This document shows, piece after piece, positions 45,101 through 52,193 of a stretch of 52,193 bases of DNA; within the stretch, counting starts at the first letter, position 1, and each line of letters opens with the position of its first letter. Origin of the DNA: a virus. Lineage: Duplodnaviria > Caudoviricetes. Both the position numbers and the translations under genes were made by a program. The notes under the pieces were generated by a model, which made no database searches, was not told the DNA's origin, and worked only from the letters and a program-made list of their open reading frames with translations. The DNA is taken from IMG/VR virus record IMGVR_UViG_3300044568_005649, positions 1-52,193 of that record; one strand, given 5' to 3'.

Positions 45101-45572
45101 CGAGGACAGCATTTCCAGCCCGATTTGAGGAGAAGTCAGGGAACTCCGCGCCGGTGGAATCCTTGATCTTGATGTGAGAGGTTCCAGCAAAGTCGTAGTA
45201 TCCCACAGACTTAGGGAACTTGTCGTACACATACTTCTCGAATCCGCTCAGACGCGACATGTACGTCCGAAGGTCCATCTTCGTCCCATCAAATGGGAAC
45301 TCGTTCACGATGTGGAGGAAGGCGGCATTCACTTTGGAGGCGCCTGAGTCGAAGAACGTGTGGTTCTCGAACAGCGACCAGTCGATGTCGAGGTCCTGGG
45401 ACGTCCTAGCAGCCCCCTCAGCGAGCTGGGATAGGGCTTCCTGCGAGTCGGTCGGTGTCCCGCCGCCATCAGCGTTCCGGTGTCTTACTCTCGACTCGCT
45501 TTGGTCCAGCGACTCTCGCATTCCAATCTGGAGACTTGGCCTCGGAACAGAGGTCGCCGGTCGCTTGAGCAT
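42102..45572 (-). CDS. Large baseplate wedge-like protein (gp7-like position) with two LamG-like domains
   Basis: FHHLAAVY...IYDNG...VDDFRVY; IFRRVLTNIREIVTSKGTHAGIKALL wedge-like segment; WHVALSR; follows gp6-like genes. Confidence 0.75.
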   Translation of the reverse strand: MLKRPATSVPRPSLQIGMRESLDQSESRVRHRNADGGGTPTDSQEALSQLAEGAARTSQDLDIDWSLFENHTFFDSGASKVNAAFLHIVNEFPFDGTKMDLRTYMSRLSGFEKYVYDKFPKSVGYYDFAGTSHIKIKDSTGAEFPDFSSNRAGNAVLDPAGGPFSFQLYLNPSATANSNQVVAQYYRNQACSLTLFLSQSSSSTSSSLCFTICSGSVSSSAQTAIEKGKFHHLAAVYLPSGITSSIEIYDNGALAATSSEAVWLGTALEASTFTIASGSSFNFLGGVVTPTQTLNAAVDDFRVYHSIRTPEDLRYDESYPAFADDDVNSDGLVLYYKLNEPPGGHAQASVTLDSSGNCLHGKITGYTNAQRVTGSSPLSRETTRFSPVLFPDFGPTQDMNQDLLTSGSLYDEENPNYIIRLIPQHYFLEGQQALSFQDVQGEIGDVIQGLSIPGSGTMSPVQIMTAMLLIYAKVFDEIKIFHDHFSRLTFVDYDPNNSVSSQFLPFLANYYGIQLPNLFKGSDLDQYLLGEMMRTDRPAEQALKSVQNSIFRRVLTNIREIVTSKGTHAGIKALLNSAGIAPNSFFRIREYGGAAEIPLSLIRDEVIEIAAALDMSGSLASTAGQVTPQGFSTARPYVVSSYLSGSRTEVGYPQPSGSLVQAPNLYHGVSNQSSDGLLTSGSWTFESSYRFNTTTVRGEESLARLHVTGTQSPSVSHGVIFNITATGGSSPAVSAYVAVDKTGAASPISLHLTGANVFDGNRWHVALSRVRDDDPINESRVASSSYSLRCARVTAGGSVAYFNTAGYFDEGNDSNNVLQNLSEYNTSGSFVVFGSQSLGVGASFLNAHTGSPLTTQLSGRVHSSRFWSKALSAEEFREHARSYRSLGVDSPIVNFGFNTTSSGSFQKLRMDLSFDQDVTGSDVTGSILITDMSQQGRNALGLGFEPSRMVIKPEPHRFTQVSTRFDVRQTSEKVRVRSFTEAENLIDFPDSLPAPLYEQTRSETATSDNRLSVEASSVDALNDDIIKLVSSLEFFEAALGDPRVLNEDDYPDLEQLRRIYFNRLVAKPDLRAMYEVFRWVSDALGDLIVQLVPMNSTFLGISYIIESHVAERARVRYYFDDVYKQKTSSQQSSAQVKDPTGSTASKPTTPTKSAKG

Positions 45573-47077
45573 CAGGACACCCTGAACTTGGGTGAGACGC
45601 CATCGAGGACCAGCTCCTCACCGAGGTCTCTCACCAGGACTCGAAACTCATAGGTCTTCCCCGCAGTCAGGGCGTCCATGTGAAAGTCGAAGTACATGCC
45701 GTCTTCAGCCGATGAAACTCTCGTCGCATCATTGCTGGTCATGAAGGGAATCACAACATCGCCTGAGACCGCGTCCTTGACACTGTAGTGGACATTTGGG
45801 TACACACTCCCGTTGTTCTCTCGTGGGTACCTGCTAAAGACCACCTTCTCGTCCAGATCCTCGATGAAGAGGATGAATCGAGGTGTCTCCTCGTGTGTGT
45901 ACTCTGCCTTGCAGTTTGTGACCCGAGCGTACAGCGATCTAGTCTGGGGCTTGTAAGAGTTTGCTTCCGGCGTGTTGATGATGAGCGTGCCGGTGTGATA
46001 GCCGACCGTGCCGTCGTTCGATCCCCACACCTCAGTGAAAGAGGCAGAAGTGGTGGTCTTGAGGTGCGAGAAGAGTGGCGCGGTGAACCTGTCAACGGCG
46101 AGAGAGGCGACATACAGCCCAGTCCTCGGTATGCTGCCGATGGTGGCCTGCGAGACGTTGTACGACCGTGTGTAGGATCCCGATGTGAGCTTCAGCGTCA
46201 TGCAGTTGCTGCCGGTGATAGCCACCGCGGCAGATCCTGACACGATGTTTGCCAGTGTTCCCCTGGAGATCGAACTGAGGAAGAGGGACCCAGAGGTGTT
46301 GAAGACCATGTTGGCGTGGTTGTCCCGCACGGAGTCGTCGATCGACACCTCCAACTGCGGTCTCTTGCTGGGGGATGAGGCGTGCCGTGAGGCGAACCTT
46401 TTCACGAATCGTGTTCGATCATCAGTCTCTTCCGAGCCGCTGAACGCGATCCTGAAGCCGCAATCAGGCAGAAACCCAGCCAATGTAGCAGAGACGATCT
46501 TGGTGACATCAATCACCAGATCCTCAGGTCCAGTGAGCGTCTGTTTTGCCACCACAGACTCTAGGCCAGATCCAAAGTTCGCTGTGCTAATGATGTCGAT
46601 CGCCGCTGAGCCTGCAGCTCCCACCGCGCTGGCACCGATCCCGCTCCAGAGGAGTGGACCGCCACTCCCGTAGGATGCAGTCAGAAAGTTTGCGACATCG
46701 ATGTCGTCGAACCTGATGATGTCCCTTCCCACACCCTCGTCGAACGACTTGGAGAGTGGGTGAAGGTCAAGCGTGAAGTTGGTGGGAGTTGGGCTGCCGC
46801 CGTAGACATCCTTCAGCTTGAGCTTGCACTTGAAGCTTGCGCTTCCCGGATCGATCAGGCTTCCTGTCAGCTTCCTAATGGGCTCGAGGTCGAACTTCAG
46901 CAAGATTCGAGTCAGCTCAATCGGCGTCGGATCTCCGGAGAGTGTAGACTCGTTGTAGAGCTTGAAGAGGTCAAGGGTTCCCGCAGCTCCAACATTGGCG
47001 TCGGTCGCCCGAAGCTGTGTGCTGATCACGCGATTCGTGATGTACGTGTCTGCAGAGGCAGAGATGATTTTGATCAC
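45572..47077 (-). CDS. Baseplate-associated structural protein (DNRLRE-like N-terminal domain)
   Basis: GTG start overlapping the gp6 stop; ADTYIT...TRILLKFDL...LKLKD...LHPLSKSFDEG...RPQLEV. Confidence 0.7.
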   Translation of the reverse strand: MIKIISASADTYITNRVISTQLRATDANVGAAGTLDLFKLYNESTLSGDPTPIELTRILLKFDLEPIRKLTGSLIDPGSASFKCKLKLKDVYGGSPTPTNFTLDLHPLSKSFDEGVGRDIIRFDDIDVANFLTASYGSGGPLLWSGIGASAVGAAGSAAIDIISTANFGSGLESVVAKQTLTGPEDLVIDVTKIVSATLAGFLPDCGFRIAFSGSEETDDRTRFVKRFASRHASSPSKRPQLEVSIDDSVRDNHANMVFNTSGSLFLSSISRGTLANIVSGSAAVAITGSNCMTLKLTSGSYTRSYNVSQATIGSIPRTGLYVASLAVDRFTAPLFSHLKTTTSASFTEVWGSNDGTVGYHTGTLIINTPEANSYKPQTRSLYARVTNCKAEYTHEETPRFILFIEDLDEKVVFSRYPRENNGSVYPNVHYSVKDAVSGDVVIPFMTSNDATRVSSAEDGMYFDFHMDALTAGKTYEFRVLVRDLGEELVLDGVSPKFRVS

Positions 47078-48909
47078 TGCGTGTTCCCTGTAATGTCGTA
47101 GTCTGGGTATTTCAGCTCGAAGATCGACCCCTGTGGGCATCTGACGACACCCTTCGACGTCTGGTACGAGGGGTTGAAAGAGCTTGAGCTGTACTCACGT
47201 CCGGAGACAGTGCCAGAGATCGACTTTATCTGGACGTTGCTCAGGTTCGAGACACCCGACGTGTTGACGATCACGTTCATGAGGTCACCGAGCACAATGG
47301 GCTGGCTGATCTGGAAGTTAGTGGTTGCCAGGAGGGTCTTGAGGCGCGTGTTGATAGCCTGGAGGACAGTGCGCTTGTTCTGGTCGTACTCCACAGTGAC
47401 TGTGTAGTCGACTGTGTAGTTGATGATCCGCGCATCGAGAATGTCGATGTTGTCTGAGATCAGCCTGAACTGGTTCAGGTAAGTCCTGAGGTTCTTCTTG
47501 TGCGTGTCCGGCGAGACGATGATCTTGCTCTCAGCGTCCCTGCTGCAGATGTAGAGGTTGGTCACAGCCGGATCCACACGGCTCGGTGCGACACCCGCCC
47601 TGTAGGCTCTTCCGTAGGAGGCGGGCATCGTGTACACGCGCGAGAGGAGATCTGGCACGCTCACGATTCGATTCTGAGCGTTCCTGGCAGCCGGCACTCT
47701 AATCTTGAGGTCGTCTATCGTGGGAGCGGAGTCTCCGCCCCTCGCGCCTTCCTCGTTAGTGACAGAGATCGAGGCCCTAACGCGCGAGTTTGTCGCCTGG
47801 CTGGACGTGTTGGGGAACCTGAGGCTGAGCCGCGTGAACTCAGTGACGGTGTCAGCATCGACATTGTGATCGACGCCTCCTCCGTACCTGTACTTGATTG
47901 TGAGAGTCGTGCCTGTGGGAGAGTAGCCCAGTGTGCTCGTTCCCAGGATGGAGCTGGGATCAATTGCCACACGGGACACCTGCTTCCTCCCAAAGAGGGG
48001 CAGGGCGACCTGCCCCGGATCGGGAATGATGTCATTGTCCAGCGACTGGGCATCTCCCGATCCGAACTGGAGAGTGGTGATACCGCTTCCCAGCGACATA
48101 GTCGCGGTGAACCTGTAGGGCGCTGGAATGAGCTCTAGGACGTACGGGGCCAAGTCCTGGTCGGGACCAGAGTTGAGGACAGAGCTGAAGACGGAGTCCT
48201 GTGAGAGGGCGTCCACCTCGTAGTACCTGTTCCCCTCTGTGTCGAAGACGGAGATGATCTCGGTCACGTTAGAGTTTGAGAGCGAGATGGTGCGAAACGG
48301 CGTGAAGGCGCTGTCAACTGTGAAGTTCTCAGATGTCTGGCGTCCTGAGAGACATGTTGCTGTCCGGGACACGATGTAGGTGGCAGGATTCTGTGAGGAA
48401 TCTCTTGTTCCCACCTCGTAGGTCGACACGAGCTTTCTGTTGAGCTTCTTGGCGTAATCGATATCGTCGTCAATCTCAAACGGAATCCCACTCTTGCTGA
48501 CGGCTGCAGATCCACCGATGAGAACAGGCAGGTAGTTCTCATCGGGTGAGTAGGACCCATCGGTGACTGCGGCAGGAACGACGAATGAGATCTGGATGTC
48601 TACGATGGCAGGCGAAGCGCCCACTACCTTCACGCCTGCCATACGCAGCAGGTTCTGGATGTTCTTCGTCTCAACTGCTGTGTCTACACTCAGCTCGCGA
48701 AACTGGTGATCCAGATAGTAGGCGGATACATCGCCTGCGTAGGCTGCCATGTCGAGGAACATTCCTCCGACAGACGCCTCGGAGAAGTCCTGGATTCGAT
48801 CGGGAAAGTAAGACTTGACGTACCGAAGTAGATCAGCACGCAGGGAGTCAAAGTCCTTGTTGAGATAGGACCTTGTCTTCACCGACCTGAGGTTGTTTTT
48901 GATTGACAC
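47074..48909 (-). CDS. gp6: Baseplate wedge subunit, T4 gp6-like
   Basis: YLNKDFDSLRADLLRYVKSYFP...DFSEASVGGMFLDMAAY; LQFGSG; GGDSAPT; AQNRIVS..D. Confidence 0.88.
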   Translation of the reverse strand: MSIKNNLRSVKTRSYLNKDFDSLRADLLRYVKSYFPDRIQDFSEASVGGMFLDMAAYAGDVSAYYLDHQFRELSVDTAVETKNIQNLLRMAGVKVVGASPAIVDIQISFVVPAAVTDGSYSPDENYLPVLIGGSAAVSKSGIPFEIDDDIDYAKKLNRKLVSTYEVGTRDSSQNPATYIVSRTATCLSGRQTSENFTVDSAFTPFRTISLSNSNVTEIISVFDTEGNRYYEVDALSQDSVFSSVLNSGPDQDLAPYVLELIPAPYRFTATMSLGSGITTLQFGSGDAQSLDNDIIPDPGQVALPLFGRKQVSRVAIDPSSILGTSTLGYSPTGTTLTIKYRYGGGVDHNVDADTVTEFTRLSLRFPNTSSQATNSRVRASISVTNEEGARGGDSAPTIDDLKIRVPAARNAQNRIVSVPDLLSRVYTMPASYGRAYRAGVAPSRVDPAVTNLYICSRDAESKIIVSPDTHKKNLRTYLNQFRLISDNIDILDARIINYTVDYTVTVEYDQNKRTVLQAINTRLKTLLATTNFQISQPIVLGDLMNVIVNTSGVSNLSNVQIKSISGTVSGREYSSSSFNPSYQTSKGVVRCPQGSIFELKYPDYDITGNTQ

Positions 48910-48912
48910 GAA

Positions 48913-49383
48913 CTACCCCGCAACGTTCATTATGACTTCTAGGGCCCGCTCTACGACCTGCACGTTCTGCACGGTGTAGGTCATTCGGATCGCTATCTTT
49001 GCTACAGATTGAAACTCTGGATCGATGTGCTTTATCTCGAATGTGCGCAGCTCCACGTAGGGCATGAACTTGGACACGGCCGTCTTGATCCTCACCATGG
49101 CCTCCTCCTCCCAGATGGGCTGTGCTAGCTCATGGGTGAGGGGACTAAGGTTCGCACCAAAGTCATAGATGCCGACTCTCTCGCCATGGTTCGTCATGAC
49201 AAGATTCCTAAGATTGTCAGCTATTTGGTCGGCCAGACTGAAGTGCATCGATAGGAGGCCGCTTCCCGTATCGCCCAGCGTGAGGGGGGTCCGGATGCCG
49301 ATTGGGAGCTGTGGCGCGGATGACGTTCGATCTTGAACGCCGTCCTCCCTTCGAACGCCTACACTCTTGAAGTCTCTTGCCAC
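48913..49383 (-). CDS. gp25: Baseplate wedge subunit, T4 gp25-like
   Basis: QIADNLRNLVMTNHGERV..YDFGANL...IKTAVSKFMPYVEL. Confidence 0.88.
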   Translation of the reverse strand: MARDFKSVGVRREDGVQDRTSSAPQLPIGIRTPLTLGDTGSGLLSMHFSLADQIADNLRNLVMTNHGERVGIYDFGANLSPLTHELAQPIWEEEAMVRIKTAVSKFMPYVELRTFEIKHIDPEFQSVAKIAIRMTYTVQNVQVVERALEVIMNVAG

Positions 49384-49660
49384 GCTCTAACTAGCCACAA
49401 GAGAAACTCTGGGCATCATGTGACGCTGTTTCACAATCCGCTGCAAGGCCAGTCGACGCACGAATCTCTCGTTCTCGGCGCACCCGCTCGAGACGAAGAT
49501 GTATGTGCTCAAGCACAAGATCGTCGGCGCAAGGGGTGATCTGGACACTGTCGGGTTTGAGTGAACCGGTGTGCTGGCGGTACATGCGCTGGTCATGACG
49601 AAGGCACGATCTGTGGCATTGCTGTCTTTTACTGAGGTGTCACTCTTCAACGATGCCTTG

Positions 49661-49864
49661 TCACCACGTCTCCGGTAGGTTCGCCGCCCACTCGGCGCCG
49701 TTCGCGTCCGTGACGACGATGTGGCCTGGGCGGTCGGCGCGCTCGGGCTCGGGCGCGTACCCGGCCGCGACGAGGTCCGCGTGATGGACGAGCGGCGCTT
49801 CGATGCGGGTAGGGCTGTGCCCCTCGGCGGCGAGGGCTGCTACCCAGGCGACGGCGGGGCTCAC
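49661..49864 (-). CDS. Small hypothetical protein downstream of the fibre genes
   Basis: 67 aa; GTGA coupling; high GC3. Confidence 0.6.
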   Translation of the reverse strand: MSPAVAWVAALAAEGHSPTRIEAPLVHHADLVAAGYAPEPERADRPGHIVVTDANGAEWAANLPETW

Positions 49865-50835
49865 GCGTGCGCCAGAAAGATAGCGTCTTGGTCGGCTGAA
49901 GCCGAGCCGCTCACGAGGTAGCCGATGGTCGTCGCGCCCGAGATCAGCCGAGTCCCCGTCTTGCCGTCCGCAAACATGCTGACCTCTCGAAGGCGGCCGA
50001 GTGACGCGTCGTTGGGTGCGGCGGCCGTCGACCTGTAGTCGTAGGGGGCGCGGACGTACCGGCCCGAGCGCGTCTTGAGCGAGGTTGTCGTCAGCCCCAC
50101 AGTGGGGACAGCGCGACGGTTCATGGGGAGAAGCGCGCTCCCGCCGGGCGTAAAGATACCAGCGTGGTGCTGAGATGCGGTGACCGAATGGTCCAGGAAC
50201 GTGGAGGCCGTGTTCATCGCGCTACCGATGGCGCTGGTCGGGCCTGTAGTGATCATCCCGTAGATCTTGCCATCGCTCTCGGCATCGCTCGTTACGTCGG
50301 GGCTCTCGGGGTCGAGCAGGGCGCCTAAGAACACGCCGTAGATGCTGCCGCCGCCCGTCGAGATCAGCACGAGGACCGCCTCGGTCCCCTCGTACAGCCG
50401 GACGGTGCCAGCCCCGGACGCCGAGGCCCACACGCGCCAATACCCAAACGTCTGCCCTGACGTGAACGGGGAAGCGGCGTTCCACGAAGCAAACGAGCCC
50501 GCGTTCTTTACGACGTTCGCGTGAAGCGTGCCCGCGGCGGCCACATCAGGCACCGCCATCGTCTGTACCGGCACGGGGGCCACGGCTACACCCGCGAGGA
50601 TGACGCGAAGGTTGAGGGTATCGGTCGGCGGCGATGCGTAGCAGGCCTCCGTGACGCCGACGTTCTGATAGCGACTCCACGTCCAAGCGGACCCGCTACC
50701 CGGCGTCCGCGTCGTCGCGTCGTCGTAGGTGACCGCAAGCCCGAGGGTGTAGAGCGCGTCGAGGGCAGACGCCACGGTACCGGACGCGAAGGCCTGCGCT
50801 CCGACGTAGCGCCATGCGAGAGGGGCGAGACTCAT
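49861..50835 (-). CDS. Probable tail-fibre-associated structural protein
   Basis: MSLAPLAWRYVGAQAF...; ATG 50835 overlaps the fibre stop (ATGA). Confidence 0.7.
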   Translation of the reverse strand: MSLAPLAWRYVGAQAFASGTVASALDALYTLGLAVTYDDATTRTPGSGSAWTWSRYQNVGVTEACYASPPTDTLNLRVILAGVAVAPVPVQTMAVPDVAAAGTLHANVVKNAGSFASWNAASPFTSGQTFGYWRVWASASGAGTVRLYEGTEAVLVLISTGGGSIYGVFLGALLDPESPDVTSDAESDGKIYGMITTGPTSAIGSAMNTASTFLDHSVTASQHHAGIFTPGGSALLPMNRRAVPTVGLTTTSLKTRSGRYVRAPYDYRSTAAAPNDASLGRLREVSMFADGKTGTRLISGATTIGYLVSGSASADQDAIFLAHA

Positions 50836-52193
50836 ACGACGGTACCTGCCGAGGAGATGATGTTGGTGTAGGCGATGGAGAGGCCTTCGAGCGCGACGTA
50901 GGCGCCGTCCGGGGACACGACGAGGGCGAGCGAGAGGTAGGCGCCGACGACCGTGCTCCCGACGCACTTGAGCACTTGACCATCGGAGATCGCACCGAAG
51001 GTGAGCGTCGTCGGCCCACTCGTCTCACGTACGGCGGACGCGTAGGCGAGATCGATCGTGGGGTTGCCGGAGACGCCGGAGCCGTTGGAAACGGTGAGCT
51101 GCGCTGAGCCTACGGTGAGAGTGCGGGCGGCTGCGGTGCCCGAGCCGGTGCGCGCGACGAGACCGGTGGACGAGAGGGCTGCGTATCCGTCGAGGTCGGT
51201 GTCCCATGCCTGGACGTTGGTGCCGATCGCGAGGCCGAGCGTCGTCTGCGCTGTAGCAGCGTCTGTATCATCAAGAATGGTGCGCGCGAAGCTGGTGATT
51301 ACACTTTCTGCCCAAGTATCCAACGCCGTCGAGTAGATGAAGCGATCTGCAACTGTCCCGAGGGCAGCCAGGCTGGTGAGACCGGCGTCGTAGGCCTGAA
51401 CGTTGGTTCCGATGACGACACCGAGTGTGGTGCGTGCAGTGGCTGCGTCAGCGTCGTCGAGGAGGGTGCGAGCGAAGCTGGTGATCGTGCTTTCTGCCCA
51501 AGTGTCGACGCCTGTGGTGTAGACGATTCGATCTGCAGCCGTGCCGAGGAGCGAGAGCGATGCGAGAGTCGCGTCGTAGGCCTGGACGTTGGTTCCAATG
51601 GTGAGACCGATCGTGGTTCGTGCTGTGGCTGCATCGCTGTCATCGAGGAGTGATCGACCGAAGCTTGTGATCGTGCTTTCGGCCCAGGTGTCGATTCCAG
51701 TGGTGTAGACAATTCGGTCGGCGGTGGTGCCTAAGGCGGCAAGGCTGGTGAGGGTCGCGTCGTAGGCCTGGACGTTGGTGCCGATCGTGAGACCGAGCGT
51801 GGTGCGTGCGGTGGCTGCGTCAGCGTCGTCGAGGAGTGACCGCCCGAAGCTTGTGATCGTGCTTTCGGCCCAGGTGTCGATCCCGGTGGTGTACACGATC
51901 CGGTCTGCAGCCGTTCCAAGCGCTGAGAGGCTGGCAAGGGTCGCGTCGTAGGCCTGGACGTTCGTGCCGATGACGACGCCGAGAGTGGTTCGGGCGGTAG
52001 CTGCGTCAGCGTCGTCGAGGAGTGTGAGACCGTAGGCACTGGGTGTGACTCCTGCGACTTTGGCGACTGTCGGGTTTGGATACGTGCCACTAAGGTCACC
52101 TGCCGCAGCCCCGCTCGGAGCACCTCCCGATCCACCGCCTGCTGGTCCTGTTGGTCCTGTTGGACCTGTTGGACCTGTTGGACCTGTTGGACC
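50832..52193 (-). CDS. Tail fibre protein with collagen-like (GPT)n and 62-aa repeats (5' end beyond the window)
   Basis: Frame open to base 52193: GPTGPTGPTGPTGPTGPAGGGSGGAPSGAAAGDLSGTYPNPTV...NVQAYDATL...SLLDDADAATARTTLG. Confidence 0.88.
   Translation of the reverse strand, partial: GPTGPTGPTGPTGPTGPAGGGSGGAPSGAAAGDLSGTYPNPTVAKVAGVTPSAYGLTLLDDADAATARTTLGVVIGTNVQAYDATLASLSALGTAADRIVYTTGIDTWAESTITSFGRSLLDDADAATARTTLGLTIGTNVQAYDATLTSLAALGTTADRIVYTTGIDTWAESTITSFGRSLLDDSDAATARTTIGLTIGTNVQAYDATLASLSLLGTAADRIVYTTGVDTWAESTITSFARTLLDDADAATARTTLGVVIGTNVQAYDAGLTSLAALGTVADRFIYSTALDTWAESVITSFARTILDDTDAATAQTTLGLAIGTNVQAWDTDLDGYAALSSTGLVARTGSGTAAARTLTVGSAQLTVSNGSGVSGNPTIDLAYASAVRETSGPTTLTFGAISDGQVLKCVGSTVVGAYLSLALVVSPDGAYVALEGLSIAYTNIISSAGTVV
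51200..52025. repeat. 186-bp tandem repeat (about 4.4 units) in the tail fibre
   Basis: NVQA(Y/W)D codons recur at about 51207, 51393, 51579, 51765 and 51951. Confidence 0.9.
52140..52193. repeat. 9-bp collagen-like repeat (Gly-Pro-Thr)
   Basis: tgttggacc/tgttggtcc tandem units. Confidence 0.9.

Noticed and set aside
25321-49383. Extracellular contractile injection system or tailocin
   Set aside because: Contiguous with capsid, portal, terminase and primase genes, so this is a genuine phage
51200-52025. Diversity-generating retroelement TR/VR pair
   Set aside because: Repeats are in-frame tandem units with mostly synonymous, non-adenine-specific differences; no reverse transcriptase in the window
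1-52193. Alternative genetic code (stop reassignment)
   Set aside because: Conserved genes are full length under code 11, and TAA, TAG and TGA all act as stops with tight tiling

Overview
This window is a 52-kb segment of a large, GC-rich (roughly 60% by eye) T4-like myovirus genome, transcribed almost entirely on the minus strand. From the right end it reads: collagen/repeat tail fibre (runs off the end); baseplate module (gp25-like, gp6-like, LamG-domain and Ig/FN3-like proteins, including a 3-gene plus-strand island); RuvC-like resolvase; DnaG-like primase; a single-chain Mre11-Rad50 (gp47-gp46) fusion; large terminase; portal with a 432-aa HNH intein; prohead protease; small head proteins; scaffold; major capsid protein; a free-standing endonuclease fused to a Mom/GNAT-like domain. 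An accessory region (1-6.1 kb) of small genes follows. Points of interest: (i) strong [S/T]-G-S tripeptide enrichment confined to a subset of virion proteins, a possible modification sequon; (ii) a mosaic accessory array joined by a repeated 24-30 bp 'GEHRREE' junction motif that also supplies the next gene's RBS, with gene scraps including a truncated uvsE start and an apparently host-derived ispB-like fragment; (iii) a recurring [A/C]TANNTA late-promoter candidate and a duplicated AT-rich early-promoter candidate. All calls come from manual motif reading with no database search. I saw no tRNA, rRNA, CRISPR array, integrase or reverse transcriptase.
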